A stretch of 64,000 nt of DNA from the IMG/VR virus record IMGVR_UViG_3300005613_000001, positions 62,001 to 126,000 of that record. One strand, written 5' to 3'. Shown piece after piece: positions 39,358 through 48,407 of the stretch (position 1 is its first letter; each line of letters opens with the position of its first letter). The position numbers were made by a program, and so were the translations under genes. The notes beneath the pieces are model-generated. The model was not told the DNA's origin, did no database searches, and saw only the letters and a list, made by a program, of their open reading frames with translations.

Positions 39358-39659
39358 CCCTCATCGGCTTCAACCTTCCAGATAACACTTTACCTCTTAG
39401 CGGGCAGAAAGCCCCTACCAATTCTAAAAGAATTGGCTGGTCATAAGCGAAGTGAGCGGAGCGAACGAGCATGACCAGCCCTTTAGGGTAGTGGGATGAA
39501 TGCCCGTGGGCTAAAAATGTCATAAAACATGACGCAAATTAACGCAAGATGAAGCTGGTTTCATAGGACTCACTGCCTTCAACTTTCTTTCCCCAAGAAA
39601 TCGGCTCAAAAATCAGTTTTCTTTGCTCAAAAAATGTTCTGGCACACTATATACAATGT

Positions 39660-39809
39660 ATGAGCAAGGAAAACAAAGATAAAGATATGCTGGTGCGAGT
39701 TCAGCCCACGCTCTTTGAGAAATTCAAGGAGAAGTGCGAAGCAAACTACAAGAGCATCAGCGAAGTCATCCGAGACTTCATGCAACAATACATCAAAGAG
39801 GACAAGTGA
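39660..39809 (+). CDS. ribbon-helix-helix protein (absent from ORF track)
   Basis: MSKENKDKDMLVRVQPTLFEKFKEKCEANYKSISEVIRDFMQQYIKEDK; GTGA overlap with tnpB. Confidence 0.8.
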   Translation: MSKENKDKDMLVRVQPTLFEKFKEKCEANYKSISEVIRDFMQQYIKEDK

Positions 39810-41017
39810 AACATCTATATTCTTACAAGTTCAGTCTGAAACCAACAGCACAACAAGAAGTCTTGCTTAACAAGCACTTCGGTTGTGTAAGATGGGTCTA
39901 TAACCATTTTTTGAATGAACGCATGGAAGAATACAAAGCAAACAAGCGAAGCCTCAAACGAAGTGATAACGAGAAAGAACTGCCAACGCTCAAGCAAGAA
40001 TATACTTGGTTGAAAGAAGTAGGCAGTCAATCACTGCAATACTCGGTCGAATGTTTGCAGAACGCATACAACAATTTCTTTCGCAAGTGCAAGCAGAAAG
40101 CCAAAGGCAAGAAAGGTTTTCCTCGTTTCAAGAAGCGGCATGGTAAGCAGTCCTTCAAGGTTAAGCAGAATATCCACTTAGTTGAAGGCAAGTTGATGTT
40201 TCCTAAGTTCTTGGACGGAATTGCTATTGTTCAACATCGTGAAGTAGAAGGCGAAATCCAGTTTGCTACTATCAGTAAGAACAAGGCAGGACAATACTAT
40301 GTGAGCATTACTGTTTCCAGAGAGATGCCGCAACTTAGTCCTACTGACAAAATGGTTGGCATTGACTTGAATGTAAAAGCAAACGTGGATAGTGATGGCA
40401 ACGCCGAGCCTAATCCAAGACCTGCAAAAGAATACCGAGCAAGATTGAAACTTCTCCATCAAAGAGTGAGCCGCAAAGAAAAAGGTGGAAAGAATAGAAG
40501 TAAGGCTAAGAGACAGTTAGCCAAGTTATACTTGAAAGTAACGAACAAGCGTGAAGACCATTTGCACAAACTATCGAAACGTATGATTGACGAAAACCAA
40601 GTCATTGTATGTGAAGACCTAAGTGTGGAGTCCATGCTTGCTAAAGTAAGTCCTGATGAACGCAAAGAAACTAGACATAAAGAGAAGAAACGTCATCAGG
40701 ATATACAGGATTGTGGTTGGTCAAGTTTCCTCAACAAACTCAAGTATAAGGCTGAGTGGTATGGACGAGAGTTCATCCAAGTGAGCCGATGGTTTCCAAG
40801 TTCTCAGTTGTGTAATCATTGTAGTTGGCGTTATCACGACTTGCCAAAAGATTGCAAGGAATGGACATGCTGGAATTGTTGGGAGTATAATGACCGTGAC
40901 CACAACTCAGCGAAAAACATCCTTGAAGAAGGATTGAGAATAAGAACCTCTGGAACAGAGGGAATAGCCTATCGCCCTGATATAAGACCCGCTATGAGTG
41001 GGCTATTGGTTGGATAG
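39806..41017 (+). CDS. tnpB: RNA-guided endonuclease TnpB
   Basis: HFGCVRWVYN, RuvC GIDLN / CEDL / DRDHN, CNHC..CWNC zinc finger. Confidence 0.95.
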   Translation: MKHLYSYKFSLKPTAQQEVLLNKHFGCVRWVYNHFLNERMEEYKANKRSLKRSDNEKELPTLKQEYTWLKEVGSQSLQYSVECLQNAYNNFFRKCKQKAKGKKGFPRFKKRHGKQSFKVKQNIHLVEGKLMFPKFLDGIAIVQHREVEGEIQFATISKNKAGQYYVSITVSREMPQLSPTDKMVGIDLNVKANVDSDGNAEPNPRPAKEYRARLKLLHQRVSRKEKGGKNRSKAKRQLAKLYLKVTNKREDHLHKLSKRMIDENQVIVCEDLSVESMLAKVSPDERKETRHKEKKRHQDIQDCGWSSFLNKLKYKAEWYGREFIQVSRWFPSSQLCNHCSWRYHDLPKDCKEWTCWNCWEYNDRDHNSAKNILEEGLRIRTSGTEGIAYRPDIRPAMSGLLVG

Positions 41018-41031
41018 GAAGCCCCTACCCT

Positions 41032-41334
41032 TTAGGGTAGGGGTAGTTCACACTCATCAACTTGCATTAGAAGACCACGCCCAAGATGAATTTCTCCCAC
41101 AACTATTAATTTCTCAGTTCCGTCTTCAAAATAAGCAGCAGTTGCTCCCTCGTTCTGTATAAGATTTGCAATCGCTCGTTGGTAGCCCAAATTGAGTGGT
41201 TCCGGCAACAGTATAATAGAATCTTTATTTTGATTGATCCAGTCCAGAATCCCAACCAAAGAACTTTCCACAGAAGGCAACATGACAACATCTTTAGCCA
41301 CAGCAGTCCTCCCTAGCTGGACGAAGATTACCAC
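41032..41334 (-). CDS. hypothetical protein, C-terminus replaced by IS insertion
   Basis: last codons run into the IS right end; original tail lies at 39350-39393. Confidence 0.65.
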   Translation of the reverse strand: MVIFVQLGRTAVAKDVVMLPSVESSLVGILDWINQNKDSIILLPEPLNLGYQRAIANLIQNEGATAAYFEDGTEKLIVVGEIHLGRGLLMQVDECELPLP

Positions 41335-41539
41335 AAACAGGACACTTTAATTCTTCTTCAATCATATTTAATCTTGTCAACAATTGATCTACTTTTTCTT
41401 CATTCTTTTCCTGTTGCTGCGTCACTTCAACAACCAACCTAGCAATCGTCATTTCAGTATGATTGCTTAAAACTATATTGCTCCCCGTCTTGTTATCAAT
41501 CAAAAGAGGCGGGCGTCCTTGGATTTCAAACCTTGGCAT
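41294..41539 (-). CDS. hypothetical protein
   Basis: operonic; C-terminal CPVC. Confidence 0.6.
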   Translation of the reverse strand: MPRFEIQGRPPLLIDNKTGSNIVLSNHTEMTIARLVVEVTQQQEKNEEKVDQLLTRLNMIEEELKCPVCGNLRPAREDCCG

Positions 41540-41755
41540 CTAATCACCCAATTCTCTCAAGGCAATCTGTTTCATATCTTCGGGAGAACAAGTTGTGCAA
41601 GTTCTCGCCGCTGCAAACACCTTTGAGAAAAAATCTGCAAGTATGGTTGAATCATAAGACTCAGGAAAATCATCCTTCAATGATCCAATCATAACATTTA
41701 AAACAAAGATGCAACCTTGGCTCTTTATCAGTCGCTTAAGTAACCATCCAATCAT
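41540..41755 (-). CDS. hypothetical protein
   Basis: operonic ORF. Confidence 0.55.
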   Translation of the reverse strand: MIGWLLKRLIKSQGCIFVLNVMIGSLKDDFPESYDSTILADFFSKVFAAARTCTTCSPEDMKQIALRELGD

Positions 41756-42157
41756 TTAATACCAATCCTTTCTGAGTTTTTTCATACGAGCCCGAGTTTT
41801 CTTTTGTGCCTCAATCAACTCAGGGACCGCCTCATTTATTTCTTTGGTAATTTGTTTATTCTGCTCTTTGAGCAATTGGTACTCTTGCCACTCCTTAACC
41901 TCTTCGTCAGACAATCTCCTCACAAAAAGTTCACTATTACGAGAATAATAATGAATTTTAATTGTTGTTTCGGGTTTAGCACTTTTTAGCCTTTTTTGAA
42001 TGGTCTCGCTCAAAGGGAGTTGAAGCATTTCCTCTAAAGTGAAAACATAATCTTTTCTACCAACAGCTTCTATATGTTCATTATAATGTGGACCCCTAAA
42101 AGCCCGAGGTCTGGGACCACCGTAAGTATGAATTTCCCAAATAAAATACTTATCCAT
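41756..42157 (-). CDS. hypothetical protein
   Basis: operonic ORF. Confidence 0.65.
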   Translation of the reverse strand: MDKYFIWEIHTYGGPRPRAFRGPHYNEHIEAVGRKDYVFTLEEMLQLPLSETIQKRLKSAKPETTIKIHYYSRNSELFVRRLSDEEVKEWQEYQLLKEQNKQITKEINEAVPELIEAQKKTRARMKKLRKDWY

Positions 42158-43280
42158 CTTTCCAAACTAACCTTTCCTTGGGAGAACCAACCGCCTCACA
42201 TAAAAATGGAGTCGGATCGGTCATTTCTAGTTCTTTCCTGCCCTGTTGCCATGATTTAGAAGCTTCCGTAGTGCCGTGCTTATACAACTCAACGTGCAAC
42301 ATGCTCCTAGAATGGCCGGGAATATCGGCGCGTTCTTTCCCCTCTCGCAAGACAGGAACAAGACAACCCACATAATCGCCACGCCTCACGGTTTGTCCCA
42401 CTTTAACATATGGATTGATTTCACCATAACAAACCACTCCGCTTCTACCTTCAACCAACACGGCATCTGTATCATTCCACCACGGCGAATCGTCTTGGGG
42501 TCCGGTGAAACCCTCCACACCGACGACCGTACCGCCTTCTACGGCATGCACAGATTGATTTTCCATTCCATAAAGATCAACACCCGTATGGTTAGAATGC
42601 TTTCTCTGAAAACCGAAAGCACCAGGATGATAATTAATTGGAATTCCACTGCAATTCTGAAGTGGGAACTTCCATCGTAAAGCATCTGCTGTCGCTTTGG
42701 CAATATCAGCAATGTTAGCTAAAGCGCCCTCTCCCTCATCCTTACAAGCCAATTCCTTCTTGATGGGTGGAACCAAATGCCAACTGCCTTTGTGCAAGCC
42801 ATTTAAGAAGTTTAAATTTCTAAAGGTGAGTGGGTTCTTCCACATGTGAGTATTCATTGCCGGGGCAACAACCACGGGGCGAGTGAAATCCCAAGCGTAA
42901 AACACACTTGTCAAAAGGTTATCACAAATACCCGCATTCATTTTCCCAAGCGTATTCGCCGTAAGTGGAGCAATTACAAAAACATCAGCCCACTTCCTCA
43001 ACTCAATATGAAGAACGGGATCATCCTTTTGCCATTCGTACCGCCACATTTCCTGTGGCTCACCTTTGTATTCGCGCGTGTATTTCCAAGCCCATTCTTC
43101 ATGCTCGGTAAAAACATCTACAACTTCTCGCAACTCAGAAAGTTTAACAAACGTTCTAAGTGCCGACTCTGTTACTACCACCTTGACTTCCCCAATCTCT
43201 TCAAGCGCGGCTACTAATTTGGGCGCAAGAGTGGTAGCAACAGAACCAGTCAAACCTAATAGGATTCTAGGCTTATCCAT
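42150..43280 (-). CDS. coaC: CoaC/HFCD flavoprotein fused to M23-like domain
   Basis: LLGLTGSVA, LHIEL..WAD..VIAPLTANTL.K, PAMNTHMW, LAC.D.G.G; C-terminal HTGVDLY...VHAVEGGTV...LHVEL. Confidence 0.85.
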   Translation of the reverse strand: MDKPRILLGLTGSVATTLAPKLVAALEEIGEVKVVVTESALRTFVKLSELREVVDVFTEHEEWAWKYTREYKGEPQEMWRYEWQKDDPVLHIELRKWADVFVIAPLTANTLGKMNAGICDNLLTSVFYAWDFTRPVVVAPAMNTHMWKNPLTFRNLNFLNGLHKGSWHLVPPIKKELACKDEGEGALANIADIAKATADALRWKFPLQNCSGIPINYHPGAFGFQRKHSNHTGVDLYGMENQSVHAVEGGTVVGVEGFTGPQDDSPWWNDTDAVLVEGRSGVVCYGEINPYVKVGQTVRRGDYVGCLVPVLREGKERADIPGHSRSMLHVELYKHGTTEASKSWQQGRKELEMTDPTPFLCEAVGSPKERLVWKDG

Positions 43281-44047
43281 CAGAAGTCCTCAGTAGTATC
43301 TTTGTAGATATGATCTGTGATCTTGTCCATGATACCGCCAAGCAATCTTTGAATGTGCTTGAACAACTTATAGACAATATCATCCAACATACTCCAAGCC
43401 GCAGAAAACGGCCAGTAAGTCATCCAACAAATAATTCTTCCCTTATTCTTCCAAGCCTTCGGCTTGATTGTAATAATTGGATCGCCACGATCATCGTCTG
43501 GATCGCGGGGGTTGTAATACTCATTAGTCCATCGCCCCCAACGAGTATTATTGCAAAGGTGTTCTGACCATCCTTCCTTTTGATTATCAGGAACCTTCCA
43601 GGGGCCTTCCGTCATACCTCCCTCTTCTAACCAACGTCGCTTTTCAACGGTGTAAAGTTCGTGTTCATTAGTGGCATGAAAATACCACTTAATGCAACCC
43701 CACACGGCTCCAAGGGCAATATATCCCCCAACAATCCCAACACCTTTCCAGGGATTAGCCGCCAACCACCTTAACCATTCCGCTCCCGGTCCAAAAATCA
43801 GTATCAAAAATCCAAAAAACACGGCTACAGCAGTCGCGCCTTTGCCCGTCATTCCCCTCCCTTCCCGACGAATATCACTGAAATCTTCCTCTATTGCCCA
43901 TACAATTAGACAAAATGCAGCAATAGACAAAATCCAAAACCAAATACCCGGCACTACAAACAAAGCAATCCAAGGAAGTTCAAACATTTCTTCTCTCCTC
44001 ATAAAAAGGGAAATTGGGTTACACCCAAAGGCGACAACCCAGGGCAC
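43280..44047 (-). CDS. membrane protein (start probably about 43987)
   Basis: three TM segments, Trp-rich. Confidence 0.7.
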   Translation of the reverse strand: MPWVVAFGCNPISLFMRREEMFELPWIALFVVPGIWFWILSIAAFCLIVWAIEEDFSDIRREGRGMTGKGATAVAVFFGFLILIFGPGAEWLRWLAANPWKGVGIVGGYIALGAVWGCIKWYFHATNEHELYTVEKRRWLEEGGMTEGPWKVPDNQKEGWSEHLCNNTRWGRWTNEYYNPRDPDDDRGDPIITIKPKAWKNKGRIICWMTYWPFSAAWSMLDDIVYKLFKHIQRLLGGIMDKITDHIYKDTTEDF

Positions 44048-44050
44048 ATA

Positions 44051-44230
44051 TCACGAATTTTTTCTTCTATTTTCTTTACCCTCTCGCTTTTCCTTAGCTT
44101 CATTATACAACTTCCAACCGGGATAATTTAGAGCAATATATTCCGTTAATTGCTCATATGGCATTAGTTGTTTAAGGTTTATACTCATAAAAGTTCCAGT
44201 AGACAGTCTTTCTAGTGTTACATGAAACAT
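44051..44230 (-). CDS. small hypothetical protein (absent from ORF track)
   Basis: 59 aa ORF filling the gap, MFHVTLERLSTG... Confidence 0.5.
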   Translation of the reverse strand: MFHVTLERLSTGTFMSINLKQLMPYEQLTEYIALNYPGWKLYNEAKEKREGKENRRKNS

Positions 44231-44233
44231 AAA

Positions 44234-44980
44234 TTACTCCAATTTTAATACTTTTTCTGCAACCACACGGGCAAGATGCTCGGGGTCTTGGGTGTCGGTA
44301 TGGTATTCCTCCACTCGGAAATTCTCAGGGTCCGGTTGCGACACAATTAAAAGCTTGTGTTCGCCCGCCTTAATGTCACGTAAATCATTTGCCACAACGA
44401 ATGAACATCCATTTTCCACGATGCTCTTCTTCGCCGCCTCAATTAATTGTGCTTTTGTGCTATCCACCAACAACTTAAACCCAACAAGATGGGTTTTTGG
44501 ACAAATTTCTTTGATGATTTTAATAAGTTTTGGGGCGGGCTCTAATTCAATGTTCCATTCTTCACTTGATCGAATTTTCCCATCCACTTGATTTGCTACA
44601 AGATAATCGCTAACTGCGGCTGCTAAAATCACTACATCAAAGCCACCTAATTGCAGCAAGTCAGAAAGGGCAACCTGATATTGTTCAAAGGTTTTGTAAG
44701 TTTGTTCAAAATAGCGATCTTGGCACCTTAAATATTCTTCGTAAAGATGAGCGCCCCGCATAAAAGCAGGGGCAAACTCTTCTTGTGCGAAATTAATTTG
44801 TGTAGAAAATGGTGTTCTAAACTCAGCCGCCCCCAAATAAGTCAATCTTGTATTAGGATCGCCACAAAGGAAAATTTGACGCGCAATCTTAGCACCAAAA
44901 GTACCACGGCTCATATTCGTGATGCTTCTCACGCGGTCAATAGGGACTTTTGTGCCACCGCTAGTCAATAAGATCTTCAT
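44234..44980 (-). CDS. coaB: phosphopantothenate-cysteine ligase CoaB
   Basis: TSGGT.VPIDRVRSITNMSRG.FG, AAAVSDY, KIRS, LVGFKL, VVANDL. Confidence 0.92.
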   Translation of the reverse strand: MKILLTSGGTKVPIDRVRSITNMSRGTFGAKIARQIFLCGDPNTRLTYLGAAEFRTPFSTQINFAQEEFAPAFMRGAHLYEEYLRCQDRYFEQTYKTFEQYQVALSDLLQLGGFDVVILAAAVSDYLVANQVDGKIRSSEEWNIELEPAPKLIKIIKEICPKTHLVGFKLLVDSTKAQLIEAAKKSIVENGCSFVVANDLRDIKAGEHKLLIVSQPDPENFRVEEYHTDTQDPEHLARVVAEKVLKLE

Positions 44981-45277
44981 TTAATTATTCCTATGCGAAC
45001 CAAAAGCAGGATTGGGAATAACACGCAAAGGTTCTTCCTCTTCTGCCATCATTTTATAACGACTTATAGCACATTGATTACACAAAAAACGATGCTCTCT
45101 ATCATGTTCTTCCTTTTGCTCTCTCATTACTTTTTTAGTGGTCTCAGCCACCCACACCTTAGTTCCGCAATCAAAACAAGGTTCGGCGGTAGATTGATGA
45201 GCAAGATGAGGCGCAATCGTTACCTCGTCAATACGACCACACTGCACCAAAATCACACTTTCAGGCCAATCATCCAT
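44981..45277 (-). CDS. zinc-binding hypothetical protein
   Basis: CFDC...CNQC. Confidence 0.6.
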   Translation of the reverse strand: MDDWPESVILVQCGRIDEVTIAPHLAHQSTAEPCFDCGTKVWVAETTKKVMREQKEEHDREHRFLCNQCAISRYKMMAEEEEPLRVIPNPAFGSHRNN

Positions 45278-45279
45278 TG

Positions 45280-46164
45280 CTACCTACCAATACTTGCATT
45301 TGGTCCATCATAAAACAGAAAAGCCGGAACTGGTTTGTATACTAACAACTCCCTTTCTTCGGGAGTACGGCAAATAAGACTATGCCACAGCTTAATTCTC
45401 CTCTTATACTCTGCCGCAGCTTCCTCTACTTTCCTAGTAGTCAACTTACGTGTTGATTTGCGGGCTGTTGCAATATCCCGAGACTTAATATTAAAAGCCG
45501 TCATAGGTCGTTGTGCCCCAGAGGCAGGCTTTCCGAAAAATCCTCCAATCAACTCCAGACTCCATCCATTCTCAACATACATCCTACCCATCACCAAAGA
45601 AATGTATAATCTTTCAGCAACAACAACTGCTGAATTGTGATTCTTTATAAGATTTCCAAGAAAAGGCTTGCGTAAAACAGTTTCATGAGGCATACCACAA
45701 ACTCGTTCAAGCAAAAACCTAACTACATTCGGGCTAGCTTTCCTCTTATCTTCAGAAAGCAACTGACGTAATAAATATGCTTTTCGCTCCCAATCAGAAG
45801 GATTCTTTTTCGTTGTGTGGGGAGATTTACCTCTTAATGGATCTTTACTTGCCTCCCAATTGTATTTTTTTAAAACTTGTCGTACTCTTTCTCTTGATAT
45901 CCCAAACTGCTTTCCCACCCTCAGCAATGATGCTCCCTCTTTAACAACTAAACGTATAATCTCTGACTCTCTATCATTCACATCAACATTTGCAATTGTA
46001 GCCTTTACTTCCCCAACACCCACCTGAAAAACTCTTTGGCAATTCCAACAAACAAAAAAAGCGGGTGTTGGCTTCCCGGCTTCAGGAAGAATCCCCGTGA
46101 CATTCTTCTCGCAACCGGGGCAAAAACTCTTTGCCATCAGTATTTTGCCGTATTTTTTGTGCAT
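45280..46164 (-). CDS. sigma-70 region 4-like HTH protein with N-terminal zinc ribbon
   Basis: SLLRVGKQFGISRERVRQV; CPGC..CWNC. Confidence 0.7.
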   Translation of the reverse strand: MHKKYGKILMAKSFCPGCEKNVTGILPEAGKPTPAFFVCWNCQRVFQVGVGEVKATIANVDVNDRESEIIRLVVKEGASLLRVGKQFGISRERVRQVLKKYNWEASKDPLRGKSPHTTKKNPSDWERKAYLLRQLLSEDKRKASPNVVRFLLERVCGMPHETVLRKPFLGNLIKNHNSAVVVAERLYISLVMGRMYVENGWSLELIGGFFGKPASGAQRPMTAFNIKSRDIATARKSTRKLTTRKVEEAAAEYKRRIKLWHSLICRTPEERELLVYKPVPAFLFYDGPNASIGR

Positions 46165-46168
46165 TACA

Positions 46169-46627
46169 TCAATCTAAAACATGAGGCGGAACTAAAAATC
46201 TACAAAGTTGTACTGCCATATTCCACCCCTCTTGTGTAGGCACAAATCGGGCGATAGGTGACGTAAATCTCTTCTTGTCAGAGAAATGAGGATCAATTAA
46301 CTTTTGATTCCGCAATTCCTCTAGAGTAATATCCTTATAGACAAGAATCTTTTCACCTTCATAATTGATGCAATCAGGGTATTTAATTCGAACTACGAGA
46401 TAGTATTCTTCACAGATATCCCCACAAGCCCAATCTTCAAGAATCTCGTAGTTAGCAGGATCAGGATTAGGTAGCTTTTGGGCAGGCTCACGATCCACTA
46501 CCACTACAAGAGGTTTTTCCTCTGTGGGGTAGCTGTCGCTGCTAAATTTTGGTCCAAGTCCCATGATAATCCCCAATATTAAAAAAGCCCACTCGCCCAT
46601 AGGGCGAGTGGGCATACAGAAGATCAC
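46169..46627 (-). CDS. conserved phage hypothetical protein
   Basis: YPDCINYEGEKILVY...DPHF...SPIARF.PT..GW. Confidence 0.65.
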   Translation of the reverse strand: MIFCMPTRPMGEWAFLILGIIMGLGPKFSSDSYPTEEKPLVVVVDREPAQKLPNPDPANYEILEDWACGDICEEYYLVVRIKYPDCINYEGEKILVYKDITLEELRNQKLIDPHFSDKKRFTSPIARFVPTQEGWNMAVQLCRFLVPPHVLD

Positions 46628-47334
46628 TTCTTCATCTTCTTTTTCTTTTTCTTTTTCTTAGACAGGATACGCGGACCAGAACGCTTGCCCTTTGTAGTTT
46701 CCTCGTCTTCTTTTTCGTCGTTCGCCAACGGAACTTCCCAGTACACTTCGCTGATGAAGTGCTTCCAGCTATTGCACGGGATATCACCCTTGAACAAACG
46801 GTACTTCGGCTTGAAAGGTTCTCTCGCCAACTTCATACCGCACTCTTCAGGGGTTTTGTCAGCTTTCTTACTGTTACAGGGCAAACATGCCAAGACACAG
46901 TTTAGCCATGTAGTTGGCCCGCCACGGCTTTTAGGAAGAACGTGGTCGATAGTTAGTTCTTCCGAGCCGGGCTTACAACCACAATACTGACAGGTGTAAC
47001 CGTCCCGCTTGTAGATCGTTCTACGCGAGAAAGTAACACGATGCGTCGGCAACTTATCATATCTACTCAACACAATTACTTCAGGAATCTTGAAGAAATC
47101 ATGCGTAGATGCGATGTAATCTTCACCCTCTTCGGGCTTTAATGCCGACCAATCATCCCAAGTGAAAGTGGTGAAGCTTTCGGGATGAACAATCAACGCT
47201 TTGGGTTGCCCGCTTGGGTGTTCTTTGGTCGGCGCATATGTTCCAAATAATAGGCTGACGGCATCCTTGATGGATACCACCCCTACCGGCGACCAATTCT
47301 TGTTTAACACTAACACCCTTCTGCGAGCTAACAT
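46624..47334 (-). CDS. HNH endonuclease (McrA/HNH_5-like)
   Basis: RVLVLN, RDGYTCQYCG, TIDHVLPKSRGG.TTW.N.V.AC..CN..K. Confidence 0.92.
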   Translation of the reverse strand: MLARRRVLVLNKNWSPVGVVSIKDAVSLLFGTYAPTKEHPSGQPKALIVHPESFTTFTWDDWSALKPEEGEDYIASTHDFFKIPEVIVLSRYDKLPTHRVTFSRRTIYKRDGYTCQYCGCKPGSEELTIDHVLPKSRGGPTTWLNCVLACLPCNSKKADKTPEECGMKLAREPFKPKYRLFKGDIPCNSWKHFISEVYWEVPLANDEKEDEETTKGKRSGPRILSKKKKKKKKMKK

Positions 47335-47424
47335 TTTTTTCCTGCTTTCTGACGTTACCTAAGTCATGTCTAGATACCTTTAATAGAGTTTGAAAAAATG
47401 TTGAAACACCATTGTCCCAACAAG

Positions 47425-47497
47425 TAGCGACGGGCGGGTTTGAACCGCCACCCTTCGGCTTATGAAGCCGCTGCTCCACCAATTGAGCTACGTCGCC
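47425..47497 (-). tRNA. tRNA-Met/Ile2 (CAT), non-initiator, no encoded CCA
   Basis: cloverleaf GGCGACG...CGTCGCT-A, loop TTCATAA, TTCAAAC T-loop. Confidence 0.9.
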
Positions 47498-47535
47498 TCC
47501 AAACATAGTTATCCCCGTACAATTTGGTTTTTCTA

Positions 47536-47898
47536 CTAGTCCTCCCAGGGGTCCACTCCATGCCCCAAAATAGTTAGTCCCTTCTTTTCCTCTCTTTCCT
47601 CATTTGCCCTAGTCATGGCTTCCCTTAAATGAGTAATAATCGCCCATTGTTTCTCATCTGCCTTAATCTCCGCAAGTTCCTCTTCCGTGGGATTTCTCAA
47701 CTGTAAATTTTCCCCATATTTTAACAGGGAAGAACAGTAAAAGCAAATTGAGACATCCCCCTCTTTTGGCTGGGATTTTGCATCTGGTTGGTCACCCTCA
47801 AAAACTCCCGTGGCACCATCCAAGAATCCACCACACTCAGGACAATGACTGCCCGTTACAAGTTCGCCTTTAGGTATAGTTAATTGGGGTTTCGTCAT
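47536..47898 (-). CDS. zinc-binding hypothetical protein
   Basis: CPEC...CFYC. Confidence 0.65.
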   Translation of the reverse strand: MTKPQLTIPKGELVTGSHCPECGGFLDGATGVFEGDQPDAKSQPKEGDVSICFYCSSLLKYGENLQLRNPTEEELAEIKADEKQWAIITHLREAMTRANEEREEKKGLTILGHGVDPWED

Positions 47899-48082
47899 CT
47901 GATTCTCCTAACAAAGCAATGCGATTTTCATCTTCTGTAAACCTCTCCGCTCGGGCAAGAGCCTTTACTTCCTTTACGCCATCGCCACCGTAAAAGGTCG
48001 CTACAAGTTGCTTCTTGTCCCTCCTTACCCTCTTAAACACTTCATAGTTTTGTCCCGCTTGTTCGTAGAAAAACATACGCAC
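47870..48082 (-). CDS. hypothetical protein
   Basis: GAGGA SD before GTG. Confidence 0.6.
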   Translation of the reverse strand: MRMFFYEQAGQNYEVFKRVRRDKKQLVATFYGGDGVKEVKALARAERFTEDENRIALLGESDDETPINYT

Positions 48083-48116
48083 TCCTCACGGTTGCGTTGC
48101 TTTTCCATCCGGCAAG

Positions 48117-48189
48117 TATCCCCGGTAGGAGTCGAACCTACAGTCGTCAGCTTCGGAAGCTGGTGCTTTATCCATTAAGCTACGGGGAC
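48117..48189 (-). tRNA. tRNA-Arg (CCG)
   Basis: cloverleaf, loop TTCCGAA, GGTTCGACTCC. Confidence 0.92.
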
Positions 48190-48398
48190 TCTATTACTTC
48201 AAACCCTAATTCTTCAGCAATTTGTGGCAATGTTGCCGCCTGTAATCCATGCAATGCAATATAATGGCGGGGAATTTTATATGTCCTGCCACCTTCCCGA
48301 ACATTTACAAATTCACCCAACTTATCCACTAAATTTTGTACCACTTCTTCAGAGGCGGGGTCAATGTAATGCAACGGTTGACCACAAGCACAATCCAT
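48180..48398 (-). CDS. hypothetical protein
   Basis: 72 aa; stop codon lies inside the tRNA 5' end. Confidence 0.6.
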   Translation of the reverse strand: MDCACGQPLHYIDPASEEVVQNLVDKLGEFVNVREGGRTYKIPRHYIALHGLQAATLPQIAEELGFEVIESP

Positions 48399-48407
48399 TT
48401 CTCTATC

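Larger units (their letters stand above)
39394..41051 (+). mobile_element. IS200/IS605-family TnpB-only element with RHH gene
   Basis: TTAC target, AAAG + CCCCTACC left-end hairpin; right end GAAG-CCCCTACCC-TTTA-GGGTAGGGG...TCAC; excision restores the flanking gene. Confidence 0.88.

Noticed and set aside
39734-39805. N-terminal extension of TnpB in the ORF track
   Set aside because: Overlaps the RHH gene; GTG 39806 with a GAGG SD is the better start.
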